Shown here in pieces: positions 45,201-54,166 of a stretch of DNA of 63,570 bases (the first letter of the stretch is position 1; every line of letters begins with the position of its first letter). A program made the position numbers and the translations under genes. Below the pieces are notes generated by a model that saw only the letters and a list, made by a program, of their open reading frames with translations, was not told the origin of the DNA and searched no databases. Source of the stretch: a virus (lineage: Duplodnaviria; Caudoviricetes); the IMG/VR virus record IMGVR_UViG_3300031997_000009, positions 1 to 63,570 of that record; one strand, given 5' to 3'.

Positions 45201-45941
45201 TGAGAATACTTCTGACAGGACGTGCAGACCGGCTTCATCGAAGTTTAGTTTATCGGTCTTCTCCTGAATCGTGTCCACCGCAGTATCAATCGTCGTAAGT
45301 GCGTTGGTTTGCGCCGTCTGCGCGGCCAGGCTTGCGCGGGTGCTGATCGCAGCGTCCAGGTTGTCCAGTTTTGCAGCCCTGGCCGTGGTCCAATCAACGG
45401 AAGACAATGCGTTGGCGGCGGCGGCGCGGCTGGAAATCGTCGTGTCCAGGTTATCCAGTTTTGCGGCTCTTGCCACGGTGTAGTCTACAGAGGAAAGCGC
45501 CGAAGCTGCCGCCGCCCTGGTGGTTATAGCGGCATCAAGCTGTGCGCCCAGGTCGCGGGCGGTCTGCGTTGTTGCTCCAACGGAAACGGTATTCACGGCG
45601 GGGGTGATTTGTGAGAAGTCGAAAGGAATTGAAGCTGAAGCGTGTCCGTAGGTCTGCAAGATAATTTCCTGGTCTTCCCATTCCTTTGTCACGTCAACAT
45701 CACGAAGTTGGACAGTAACTATTTTTGCGGATACTTCATCGGCAGTAAGGGCAACCTTAATCTGTGCGCTCCCTGCGGGCGAGTTAGTGGGGATTGCCGT
45801 TATCGTTGCCCCCGCTCCACCATCTTTATAAACCAGGCAGTCGTTAGTTGCCAGTGTCGGAGTGAGTTTGAAGTCCTGCGAACCTCTTGTAATTGCCGGA
45901 AGATAAACGTCAACGGCAACACCGTATTTTACGAGCATCAT
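42273..45941 (-). CDS. tail fibre/spike-like repeat protein
   Basis: 1222 aa; 15 copies of L-[STQVG]-[ST]-[IV]-D, repeated ADV[KQY]AI, central beta-helix-like segment. Confidence 0.75.
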   Translation of the reverse strand: MMLVKYGVAVDVYLPAITRGSQDFKLTPTLATNDCLVYKDGGAGATITAIPTNSPAGSAQIKVALTADEVSAKIVTVQLRDVDVTKEWEDQEIILQTYGHASASIPFDFSQITPAVNTVSVGATTQTARDLGAQLDAAITTRAAAASALSSVDYTVARAAKLDNLDTTISSRAAAANALSSVDWTTARAAKLDNLDAAISTRASLAAQTAQTNALTTIDTAVDTIQEKTDKLNFDEAGLHVLSEVFSISTDALSSIDDALMAGGNLPVDIKAINSNTAKAETLEKALNLGMELMDVNVMRISGDEGKANTLYNALISPDKVKADVKAIDSDDVKAHALRAALQGDGESGTIKADVYAIQTDALSSIDSALMAGGNLPADVQAIGVNVLSSIDAALASGANLPSDVKALDGDATAATNARDNFITGTGYNGQPNFNDGFVYLDFDSGISGFSFPTGTAKYPVDNSGDASAIASANKLSRIKVKVGTSERTIAHSDFAYRHIVGADSPLAGGLALEANEGATYENLRVKGTEDSRTAMFLRCVIYGGLYPRNCRIQQSVVLSGITIRPDTSSTAESIEDTAFNDATLNMGVVTSTIVSLQKCKGILTIANVTTANKKVRLNGFEGKIVIDASCTYPSAIVIRGGSGELVNGTGVDVDGFYPLSEVPVGDVSVGSIGIDALQSIDAALSLVHGPGSWDALASGPVTVMAIQAGALQSIDDALVAGGNKPANVKQWEGEAVSLLVSGDVPANVKRWKGTEPESLNGDNHVRASMESIQGNKTDAEQLGEAMGTVGSDSAIKANVIGIMTNSSKAQTLYDALDATNDCILADLQRIKGDSNKAQYLNDAITEDPELGGIIEAKVRIVEENALTSIDSALSLTHGPGSWDALASGAVTVMAIEAGALSSIDAALAPRFTDINNALTTIDTEIGDIAIEVHSAAGETETIHGQTTVLVAGVTVQAIKADALTSIDNALIAGGNLPADVKAIDGTASKATALAAALKTEFGMSLIKADVQEIKDETGPAGYLRNALQSDNTIKADVQTMETGALTSIDTTLAPRFTSLDNGLVSIDSAIGDVAVEVHSIAADTETILGNTNRTEIVVNGISVNVLAVKDKTEHLPADPTSEAIATANKNAVLLALGSVDTAIDSIGDKQLSELTGDAGALPTRDEAAMLAYMKARNKFVQEDPTEENKYGTVYNDAGVAVIKEKVTDNGTIFTKDKMESA

Positions 45942-45942
45942 A

Positions 45943-46263
45943 TCAAACCCCTTCCTTTACGCTGTGAATTACGGCAAACATTTCTTCTGGAAATGAGGCC
46001 GTTGATTTTAGTTTCCCCTCGAATTTTTGATTGTTGACGGTGAACGATACCTTTCCATTGCTGTCAAGTTTAATCTTTTCAGCATTATGAAATTTCTCAA
46101 TACGAAGACAATAGTTTCCGTCCGTCATTTTCGTTATCTTCGTTGCGCGTCCTTTGTCTAACTGCCTTGATAGGGTCTTAATGCGTTCCATTAATTGCAT
46201 ATCAATTTCCGCAAGAACTTTAGGCAGAGTGTCAGGAGTTTTAATTTTCGGGTTAATCCTCAC
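45943..46263 (-). CDS. hypothetical protein
   Basis: GTGA overlap, AT-richer. Confidence 0.55.
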   Translation of the reverse strand: MRINPKIKTPDTLPKVLAEIDMQLMERIKTLSRQLDKGRATKITKMTDGNYCLRIEKFHNAEKIKLDSNGKVSFTVNNQKFEGKLKSTASFPEEMFAVIHSVKEGV

Positions 46264-47006
46264 GACACAACCCTCCTTCCCACGCCTCGCATAATTCCTC
46301 TTTCGGTGGATTTAAAATCCCCTCCGGTAGCGGCCACTACAATCGGCCCAGGAAACGTCCAATCATCCCAGATGTGATGGCGATTGAAAAGCAATGTGTT
46401 GGTGTTGGCAACCGCATCCATACTTCCAATTCTGCAAATCTCAATATCGACGGACGATACAGTATTCGATGCTTGAGTAGAACCTATTTGCGTCGCTCCG
46501 TTCTCACTCCATAACTTGAATGATGCTCCGCTTGTCGTATTCGTCTTATAGATAATTTCGCATTGATACCACTTGTTTAACTCAATGGCAATATTACTTC
46601 CGTATTGAACGAATGAACCGGAAGAAGAACCCGTCCGGGTAAATCCTTGTATCTCCGGCGTTCCCGCATTGTTATAAAGTTTTATCGCGTGTTGAGATGC
46701 TGACGAAACATTCCTGATAATGTGAATACTTACAGATTGCGTGTCATTCATTCCCAAAGAGGTTATTTTGAACATGAATCTTCCAGAGGTCTGTCCTGCT
46801 ATTGCCGAAAGCTGTATCTGCGGGTATCTGGATGCGCTTGCTGTAACAAGTTTTAAATAATTGGTGTCGCTGTTCCATCCAAGCCCGTCAGTCATTTTTG
46901 TGAAATCAGTGGAGCCAGCCACACTATCATAAGCGTATTCCCCGCCCGGAGGCGAAGTATTCTGAACGTCCGTCCCGCCCCAATTACAATAAAAAAGTTC
47001 GCTCAT
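46260..47006 (-). CDS. lectin-like beta-sandwich protein, candidate receptor-binding
   Basis: Ser/Thr/Gly-rich beta pattern, LNKWYQCEI motif, AT-richer than flanks. Confidence 0.55.
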   Translation of the reverse strand: MSELFYCNWGGTDVQNTSPPGGEYAYDSVAGSTDFTKMTDGLGWNSDTNYLKLVTASASRYPQIQLSAIAGQTSGRFMFKITSLGMNDTQSVSIHIIRNVSSASQHAIKLYNNAGTPEIQGFTRTGSSSGSFVQYGSNIAIELNKWYQCEIIYKTNTTSGASFKLWSENGATQIGSTQASNTVSSVDIEICRIGSMDAVANTNTLLFNRHHIWDDWTFPGPIVVAATGGDFKSTERGIMRGVGRRVVS

Positions 47007-47218
47007 TAGTGCGCCCTTGGTAGTTTCGCGCCCAGGTTATTTATGTCAGTCTTTATGAGGCTATGATCCTTGTCGTTCTGGTCGTGAAGTATTCTGCATA
47101 TTTCTTTCGATTGCCTGGTTTCCAGCTTGTTGAAAATCATCTTCATCCAAAAACCGACTACGGCGATTGCCGCTATCGAAACAATCTGCAGCACCGTGTT
47201 AATCGTTGATGTTTCCAT
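47006..47218 (-). CDS. small membrane protein
   Basis: N-terminal TM segment VLQIVSIAAIAVVGFW then coiled coil. Confidence 0.6.
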   Translation of the reverse strand: METSTINTVLQIVSIAAIAVVGFWMKMIFNKLETRQSKEICRILHDQNDKDHSLIKTDINNLGAKLPRAH

Positions 47219-47400
47219 TATTTTTTATACCCGAATTGAATGGTGAAGTCTGAACCAAGATCCCGGTGGAGCTCGATCTCGAGACTGTCGCTGCCGTCAA
47301 ACGCTATCGCCGAACCTGGGACGCCGTCTGGTCCCGTAACCTTCTCTGCGTAATCTCCGCTCGCTCTCTTTCCCGTCTGCCGGTTGAGAATGTACGCCAT
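47218..47400 (-). CDS. 60-aa protein resembling the start of a LamG domain
   Basis: GSAIAFDG...DFTIQF; TAATG coupling on both sides. Confidence 0.5.
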   Translation of the reverse strand: MAYILNRQTGKRASGDYAEKVTGPDGVPGSAIAFDGSDSLEIELHRDLGSDFTIQFGYKK

Positions 47401-50400
47401 TATCTACCCCTTGTCAGCCACAGCAGGCCCTCGCCATACAGGCGCTGTTGTCCGGTTTCCGTCGTGTCCCGGTTTTCCATGGCCGTGTGGCCGGCCGTGT
47501 CCCGGACAACGTATATTACTTCCGAATCCCCGAACGTGAAATAGGACGTGGACATCACGTACTCGTTCTGGATCATCTTGCTGTTGATTTTGCGGTCATA
47601 AACGTAGTCGCCGTCCACCGGCTGATCCACGGTCTTGGCCGAGTACACGCGGTTGTTGTCAACGTAGATGTTCGTGGTCACAGTAAAGCCTATCCTGAAC
47701 GTGGGGCCGATGACGATAAAGCCCATGCCGGTCCTGTCCTTCTTCGTCGATGCGCTGTAGAGCGTGAGCTGGGTGTCGCTGTCGCGGGTGAGCACGCGCC
47801 TGTTCTCGATGGCGCCGTCGGTGTCTATGGCTATCTGGTAGCCCAGGCCGATGTCGGCGGGGAAGGTAGAGCCGTCGAGGGTGACTACGAGCCCGGTAGC
47901 GTCTATGGAGATCGTGCCTTCGCCGAAGACATTGGCGGTCACGGGCGCGTTGATGTCGCCATGGCTCTCCATGTGCTCGAGGAGATCGGTCTGTTTGGAC
48001 CCGAAATGGCGGGACCCTTTGACGGAGCACAGGATTTCGGTGTCGTCCTTGTCCGTGAACGTCTCTTCCAGGCCCGATCCCGCGGGACCGGAAAAGGTGT
48101 TGATCTGGTGCCACTTTCCCGTACGCTCGTCCAACATCACCTGTATGGGCATATCCACGGCATTGCTCACCCTGATACCGCCGGTATTGGGGTAGGGGCT
48201 GACCATGGCCTCGCCACCCCATTTCGACCACAGCCAGCCCTGCGATGACAGGATCGCGAGCCTGTAGCATACGCCCTCGGTCATGTTCACGGCGTTATAG
48301 GCATCGGAGCTGACGATGTTAGAGCCGAAGATCGTGTAGCCGCCATGGGGGTCGTAGTTGGACATGATTTGAGTGTGGAGGGTCCGCAGCGCCTTCCACA
48401 CCCTGTTCTCGGCAAGGTTCGCAGCCGAATACTGAGAGCCGTCGAAAACCCTGACGCCGCCGTCGTGACAAATCATGATCGACTGTCCGACGCCAATGCC
48501 CTGGATGCTGCCGACATGGATGAGTCCGTGCTGGTCGATAAGAGAGAAAGAGGGTACGGTGAATATAGATTCACCGATATCCAGAGTCTTGATATTCGTG
48601 AGCGCGGAAATGTTCGTGCCCCATGTCGATTTCTTTCCGAAAGCAATCATGCGGTCGGGGTAGGACTTCAGGTGGGTGACGATGTCGTCTATTCCGGAAT
48701 CGGCCTGATAGGTCGGATGGTAAAAGCCGACAACGTATTCTCTCGCTGCCGGCATATCCGAATACGCGATCCCGTTCTTGCTGACAAACATGAAGTTTTG
48801 TCCAATGGCCGCTATCGAAGACGACGGAAGGGGAATGCGAAACCTGGACTGCAGAACAAAAGAAGGGCTGTCTGCCCGACTTGCAAGCGTGTCGTCGGTC
48901 ACGGTGTCATTGAAAAACCTCGACGGCATTCCAGAGTCTTTCAGGGGGTCGCTGCTGCCGTCAATCAACCAATCAACATTGCGGGCCACGATGGCCGTAA
49001 GTCCCGAACCATCAGGGCTAAGATTGGGATCTGAATATGTCACGTTCGCCAAATCGGAGGAGGCTCCGACAATCTTTCCCCGATACGGGGTTTTGCCCAT
49101 GAAGATATAAATAAAGCAGCCGATGTCGGCGGATGTGAATTCCGGGCCGGACACCCTTGTAATGTCGAACGCTCCGGTCGCGCCGGCAGTCTTGTCGATG
49201 ACAACCCGCTTGTTGTCGCCAGGAGAGGGCGCATCCTTCAGGAGTATCGGGTCCCAGGCAATCGCCTCCATGGCCGACACGTTTCCGAACTCAATATCCT
49301 CGTGAACGGTACAGCTCTCTCCATCTTCTGCTACGGCAAGTACGTGCCTGATGCTTCCGTCTTCAAGAAAGAGGATTTTTCCGACGTCCGACTGTGATAA
49401 GAGATTGAATCCGAGGGCCGATGCCGAATCAAGGGTGACGGTGTTCAAAATCTGGTATCCGGTGTTTATCTTCTTGGCCCCTATTGCGATGGCCTCTGTT
49501 TCGTTGAAAAACTCGGAGTCAAATGCCGCCGATGCCTCGACCTCATGCTTGGATGTGTTGCCATCAAGGTCGATCAGTTTTGTTATCCTATGCACGAGAC
49601 CTTCCCGGGACCGAACATACGAGCCGACATCATCAACGGAAAAACCCTTCTCCCCGTTTGTTGTCTCATAATTAACGCTGGTAATGTGCGTAACACGGAA
49701 AGCCTTGACGACGGGAACGTCCTTTTCCCAGACCAGAAGGTCGGGGTTGTTGGCGACAATGGTTCCGTCCGGCAGGGTCTTGTGTATCGTATCCTCGGAA
49801 CCATAAATGCCGAAATGCGTGGTCTTCTGAGATTCCGGATAAAAACCATATACGGGGTCGGGGGCGTCAATAATCGCATCATCGACCCTGGCCCCTGTCG
49901 CGTAGGTAAGCCACAGAGTAGCGGACACGTCCGTGCCGTTTGTCGGCGAGCCAGCATAGGAAATAGTGTTCTTGTTTTCCACCCCGCCGTCGATTATAAG
50001 CCTTGACGTTCCCAAGGGACCGGAGCCGACGGAACAGTTGGCAAGAGGAATAATCCTTCGCAGACTTTCCTGTATCACGGCGGCCGCGTCTTCAAAAATC
50101 ACGATATCGGTAAGGTCGAAAATAACATCCCTTGGGCCCGTTTCATTGATGGTAATGGAAAATCCGGCGTCATCAATGGTTTTGAGCGTTGCGACATCCG
50201 GCGTGAAATAACCTCCGAATAGGCGCTCGTACGACTTGGCTCCGATGCCTACGGGGCTTGCAAAGGTATCGGCGCTCGTGTCTTTTCCGTTCGAGTCGCT
50301 ATGTACGGGAGCGGTTTCCTGCTGCACCTCTACGCCGGCGGTCGTCCGGTTTCCATGCAGGCATCCAGGACCGATGATTCGCATGGCCGTATAAATGCGA

Positions 50401-51131
50401 TTGCGTCCGTACGTGTCGGGCGGAAGCAACTCGTCCGAATAAATCCGGAACTGCGGCTGCCCGTCGTTAATTTTAAAACAATAGGCGCTGTTTTCGTCGA
50501 AAACTACCCGGAAGATTCCGTTGTCATTGTAGACGAAAACCTCGTCATAATCGTCGTCGAACGCAGACCTGGACTGCGCAAGGACCGTGCTTTCGCCCAC
50601 TACGGGAACAGAGACGTAATCGCCAAACTCATTAGTCGTGTAAAGTAGCCGTGTTCCTGTGTGAACCAGGACCCGCTGCATGGCTTCATTGTAGTGAATT
50701 CCCCAGATACGCTCCTGCATGGAGTATTCGCCGTACGCCTGATCTCCGGAGATCGGAGAGGTGAAGCGTCCGGTGGAGTAATTTACGTCGTGAATCTGGT
50801 CGCGGAGCCCATCGGACCACACGATATAATTTCCGTCTTTTTGGTCCGGAGGATTGTAATCGTGAATAAACACTACGTTTCCGCTCTTCTCGGCCTTGCA
50901 CGGAATTTCCAGCACCGGCAGTTCGAGGTCTGATAATTTTCTACTCCCCGTCCGGCCGATGGCGTACTTGCCGATTCCGTACATATTGAAAAATTCGGCC
51001 ACCTCATTGGGCCCGAGCTCCTGCGCGGGAAAATCCGAATTCATGCCCCCGGCATAGCTGCCCTGGTTCTTCTTGATCAGCTCCATGCTCTGCAGCATGG
51101 TGCCGGGATAGGCGAGTCGGCGTTGTGCCAT
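47400..51131 (-). CDS. tail tubular/nozzle protein (podovirus stabilisation-protein-like)
   Basis: 1243 aa; N-terminal YAGGMN...RTG, beta-propeller-like content; follows the adaptor gene. Confidence 0.7.
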   Translation of the reverse strand: MAQRRLAYPGTMLQSMELIKKNQGSYAGGMNSDFPAQELGPNEVAEFFNMYGIGKYAIGRTGSRKLSDLELPVLEIPCKAEKSGNVVFIHDYNPPDQKDGNYIVWSDGLRDQIHDVNYSTGRFTSPISGDQAYGEYSMQERIWGIHYNEAMQRVLVHTGTRLLYTTNEFGDYVSVPVVGESTVLAQSRSAFDDDYDEVFVYNDNGIFRVVFDENSAYCFKINDGQPQFRIYSDELLPPDTYGRNRIYTAMRIIGPGCLHGNRTTAGVEVQQETAPVHSDSNGKDTSADTFASPVGIGAKSYERLFGGYFTPDVATLKTIDDAGFSITINETGPRDVIFDLTDIVIFEDAAAVIQESLRRIIPLANCSVGSGPLGTSRLIIDGGVENKNTISYAGSPTNGTDVSATLWLTYATGARVDDAIIDAPDPVYGFYPESQKTTHFGIYGSEDTIHKTLPDGTIVANNPDLLVWEKDVPVVKAFRVTHITSVNYETTNGEKGFSVDDVGSYVRSREGLVHRITKLIDLDGNTSKHEVEASAAFDSEFFNETEAIAIGAKKINTGYQILNTVTLDSASALGFNLLSQSDVGKILFLEDGSIRHVLAVAEDGESCTVHEDIEFGNVSAMEAIAWDPILLKDAPSPGDNKRVVIDKTAGATGAFDITRVSGPEFTSADIGCFIYIFMGKTPYRGKIVGASSDLANVTYSDPNLSPDGSGLTAIVARNVDWLIDGSSDPLKDSGMPSRFFNDTVTDDTLASRADSPSFVLQSRFRIPLPSSSIAAIGQNFMFVSKNGIAYSDMPAAREYVVGFYHPTYQADSGIDDIVTHLKSYPDRMIAFGKKSTWGTNISALTNIKTLDIGESIFTVPSFSLIDQHGLIHVGSIQGIGVGQSIMICHDGGVRVFDGSQYSAANLAENRVWKALRTLHTQIMSNYDPHGGYTIFGSNIVSSDAYNAVNMTEGVCYRLAILSSQGWLWSKWGGEAMVSPYPNTGGIRVSNAVDMPIQVMLDERTGKWHQINTFSGPAGSGLEETFTDKDDTEILCSVKGSRHFGSKQTDLLEHMESHGDINAPVTANVFGEGTISIDATGLVVTLDGSTFPADIGLGYQIAIDTDGAIENRRVLTRDSDTQLTLYSASTKKDRTGMGFIVIGPTFRIGFTVTTNIYVDNNRVYSAKTVDQPVDGDYVYDRKINSKMIQNEYVMSTSYFTFGDSEVIYVVRDTAGHTAMENRDTTETGQQRLYGEGLLWLTRGR

Positions 51132-51132
51132 A

Positions 51133-51822
51133 TCAGAACTTCTTTATCGGTGTTCCGTCCACTTTTCTCGTAACGTCGATGTGGGCGTGACTGCGCCAGA
51201 ACCGAGGGCAGTAATAGTCCTTGAACTCTTTGAGCTTGTCGCTGCGGCCGTAGTCGTTCTGCTCGATAAATGCCAGCGCGCCGCAGATCAGCATCTCCTC
51301 GCAGGTCTGGTCGAGCGTGAGCGGGATGGTGATGGCCGTGAGCTGCAGGGGCTCGAGGATGGCCTTGTACTTGTACACGTCCGTCGTGGCGCCGGGGTCG
51401 AAGGGGAGGATGATGCGTGCGGGTACGAGTTCGGTCGCGGGCCTGGGCGTGAACTTGTAGTTGGTCTTGCCGCCCTGCACCGTGGCCACATACGGGCGTA
51501 TGACCGTCCGGCGATTGTAGTCGCGGATCTGCTGCTGCTCCGAAAACAGCTCCAAAACCTTGAAGACCCGCAGCTCAACGTCGCCGGTCTCGGGATCGAG
51601 CTCGAGGCTGGTATTGGGAATCTCGTAATCCCTCTTCCCCGCCTCCGTGATCAGGAACGGGTAGTCGCCCGTCAGCGGATCCACGACCACGTTCTCGACC
51701 ACGGGCTTGGACAGGGCGAAATTCTGCGCGCGGTTAAGCATGGACAGGATGGACTTACTGCCTTCAGCGCTCCAACTCGGGGCCTTGAGTTTGATTTCAT
51801 CAACGACTGTGGCTGTGGACAC
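51133..51822 (-). CDS. head-tail adaptor protein
   Basis: ILSMLNRAQ, AGKRDYEIP, EMLICGAL pattern; position after the capsid. Confidence 0.7.
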   Translation of the reverse strand: MSTATVVDEIKLKAPSWSAEGSKSILSMLNRAQNFALSKPVVENVVVDPLTGDYPFLITEAGKRDYEIPNTSLELDPETGDVELRVFKVLELFSEQQQIRDYNRRTVIRPYVATVQGGKTNYKFTPRPATELVPARIILPFDPGATTDVYKYKAILEPLQLTAITIPLTLDQTCEEMLICGALAFIEQNDYGRSDKLKEFKDYYCPRFWRSHAHIDVTRKVDGTPIKKF

Positions 51823-51846
51823 GCCATCCTCCCATGTTCGGGCCCG

Positions 51847-52695
51847 CTATTCCTTCTTCTCCGGTTCCGGTTTTTTTCCCTCTTTCACGGCAACGGGTTC
51901 GGCCTTGGGTATTTCAAGTCCGTTTGCGGCCGCGAGCTTGTAGTAGAGGTTGTTGATGTCCGACAACACCACTTCTTTGTAATACTGGCTGCTCTGCCAG
52001 AACTTGCCCTTGTCGTGCTTGAGCTTTTCCACCAGGGTCCGGTACTGCTCGTGGATGGCGCGCTCGGCCTCGATTCGGCATTCCTCAATCGTGAGCTTTT
52101 TCACGGGCTCGGGCACCGGCGCCTGTCCGGCTATGACCTGCTCCAGGACCTCCTTGCTGCCGAAAACCGACTGTTTCGGGTCCAGGGGCTTCTCCTTCAT
52201 CATCCCCTTGGCGTCGTTCTCATGTCCGACCTGGACGGTCTGCCCGTAGACGCCGATGACGCGGGTGCGGGGCGGGGCCTTGAAACCGCGCTCATCGGCC
52301 AGGGTGCGGATCTGGACCTGGATGGTCGCGGCATTGACGGTGCCAGTGGGGGTGATGAGGCCGGCGATGACGTAGTGGCTGGTGTAGAAGTTCGAGGCCA
52401 GTATCTCCCTGTTCCTGGGCGTGTCCGGGCAATAGCCTACGGGTACGTTGAACTCGTCGGGATCGAAAAACAACTCGTCCCGCTGTATGACGGCCTTGTA
52501 CGTGGCTCCGGTTTCGACGTTGCCCCTGATCACGAAGTCCATGAGCTCGAAGCCGAAGTAGAACGTGCGAAATTTATGCACCTTTTTCCAGCGCAAAATG
52601 AAGACATTGTACCCGTTCTCGAGCATGAGATTGATCTTGCGTTCAATGGTAAGGCCCTTCTGGCCCGCTATTGAGATTGCTGCTTGGTTCTGCAT
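51847..52695 (-). CDS. hypothetical virion-module protein
   Basis: 282-aa ORF with strong codon bias. Confidence 0.7.
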   Translation of the reverse strand: MQNQAAISIAGQKGLTIERKINLMLENGYNVFILRWKKVHKFRTFYFGFELMDFVIRGNVETGATYKAVIQRDELFFDPDEFNVPVGYCPDTPRNREILASNFYTSHYVIAGLITPTGTVNAATIQVQIRTLADERGFKAPPRTRVIGVYGQTVQVGHENDAKGMMKEKPLDPKQSVFGSKEVLEQVIAGQAPVPEPVKKLTIEECRIEAERAIHEQYRTLVEKLKHDKGKFWQSSQYYKEVVLSDINNLYYKLAAANGLEIPKAEPVAVKEGKKPEPEKKE

Positions 52696-52721
52696 TTGAT
52701 CCTCTTGGTTAAATTGTTACT

Positions 52722-52754
52722 AAAAAGGCAGGCAATTTTTTATAGCCGCCTGCC
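52722..52754 (-). terminator. intrinsic terminator after the capsid gene
   Basis: minus strand GGCAGGC...GCCTGCC TTTTT. Confidence 0.65.
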
Positions 52755-52777
52755 AGGGCGTTTCCCGTGGGCGTCGG

Positions 52778-54142
52778 TTAGGACACGGTCACGAGCGTGG
52801 GCTGGGCCATGATCACGAGACAGGTGCCGCGATTGTAGTTCGTGGCATCGTCACTCGCGGTTCCGCTCGAGGGATCGACGTTGTACTGCACGAGCTGGAT
52901 GCCCGCGCATTGATACGCGCCCTTGCCCTTGATCATCTCGTAATCGTAGGCTTCGGTTGCGTACTTCAGCGGCTGCACGATCCATTCCACGAGCCCGCCT
53001 TTCGCGTACACGCAGCCGCAGTCGAAGACGCGGTTGCTTGAGGCGTTGTAGGGCGCGCGGTTGCGGCCGTCGTTGTTGCCGGGCTGCAGGAAGCCGGGCG
53101 TGAGAGTGGCGGCGCCGAGGCTGCCGCCGACCGTGAGCGTGGCATAGCGCGTGTCTTCGACCAGAAGCAGGTGACGTACGCGGCAGTAGGCGCCGGGGAT
53201 CATCTGCTCGATCTTCTGCAGCGCGCTGACCTCTTTCCAGATCCAGCCGATATTGCGGCCACCCGTGGTCGCGGGATCGCCGGCGGGATTCAGGAGTTTG
53301 ATCATCTGCGTGCTCGGGATCGTTAAAACGAGCGTGGCCTGCCCGCCGATCATGATCGGTTCGAGCTTGAGATTTTCGACACAGTGATAGTCAAGGGCGA
53401 GGAGGCTCTCGATTGTCAGGATCGCGCGTTCGGGGTTGGCGAAGCCGTTGGTGGCGTTCCCGAGTACGCGATAGATGTCGTCGATCTGGCCGCCGCTGTT
53501 GTCGGACACGGCGTTGCTGTGGGGATAGGCCGCGGACGTGGCCTCGGTTTCCGCAAGCGTGTCATACACCGGCATCCCGCCCAAAGCCGTGTTCGGTACG
53601 AAGATGTTGGAGTTGAACTTGTGCTTGAGGCTGATCGGGGCTTCCGTCAGCTCGGCCGCGACCGTGAGCATGGACGCTTCACGGATGCGCTTGCCCCGGA
53701 GTTCCGCGATGTAGTCGATCATGAGCGGGCCGATCTGGCCGTACAGGTCGTACGCCGACACGTCGTTGGCGTTGACGCCGTACTGCTCGGTGGCGACTGC
53801 TTTGCGGATGAGGTTGTAGTACACGGTCATGTGACGGAGAACCAGCGACTCTTCCTGTCCGATGAGGACACTGTTGCCGTAGGTCGCTGGGCCGGACAGG
53901 CGCATGACCAGGGGCAGGGTGATGGAATGCGCACCCGTGACCGACTTCTCGAGCTTGAGGAAGATGGCTTCGGGTACGTTCGCGCCCTTTTCGGAATAGT
54001 CGATGACCGCGGAGAGTTTCTCGAACACGTCGTTCAAGATGGACTCCGTGCGGAGTTTGGTATTGTAGGCTTTGATCTGGAGCGCAGCGGCCCCCATCGC
54101 GACGATACTGGTGGGGGTTGCTGGAGTGACTTGAGTTGCCAT
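52778..54142 (-). CDS. major capsid protein (N4-gp56/DUF4043-like)
   Basis: K..TGAHSITLPLVMRLSG...G...LIGQEESL...IRKAV; follows scaffold; terminator downstream. Confidence 0.8.
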   Translation of the reverse strand: MATQVTPATPTSIVAMGAAALQIKAYNTKLRTESILNDVFEKLSAVIDYSEKGANVPEAIFLKLEKSVTGAHSITLPLVMRLSGPATYGNSVLIGQEESLVLRHMTVYYNLIRKAVATEQYGVNANDVSAYDLYGQIGPLMIDYIAELRGKRIREASMLTVAAELTEAPISLKHKFNSNIFVPNTALGGMPVYDTLAETEATSAAYPHSNAVSDNSGGQIDDIYRVLGNATNGFANPERAILTIESLLALDYHCVENLKLEPIMIGGQATLVLTIPSTQMIKLLNPAGDPATTGGRNIGWIWKEVSALQKIEQMIPGAYCRVRHLLLVEDTRYATLTVGGSLGAATLTPGFLQPGNNDGRNRAPYNASSNRVFDCGCVYAKGGLVEWIVQPLKYATEAYDYEMIKGKGAYQCAGIQLVQYNVDPSSGTASDDATNYNRGTCLVIMAQPTLVTVS

Positions 54143-54166
54143 GGGACGTTTCCTTAGTTTAGATGG

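Noticed and set aside
42273-47006. Diversity-generating retroelement acting on tail genes
   Set aside because: No reverse transcriptase motif seen and no repeat pair differing only at adenines; the repeats are in-frame protein repeats
51181-52674. 497-aa plus-strand ORF and similar long antisense ORFs over the giant protein and capsid
   Set aside because: Antisense to well-supported structural genes, same codon-bias artefact
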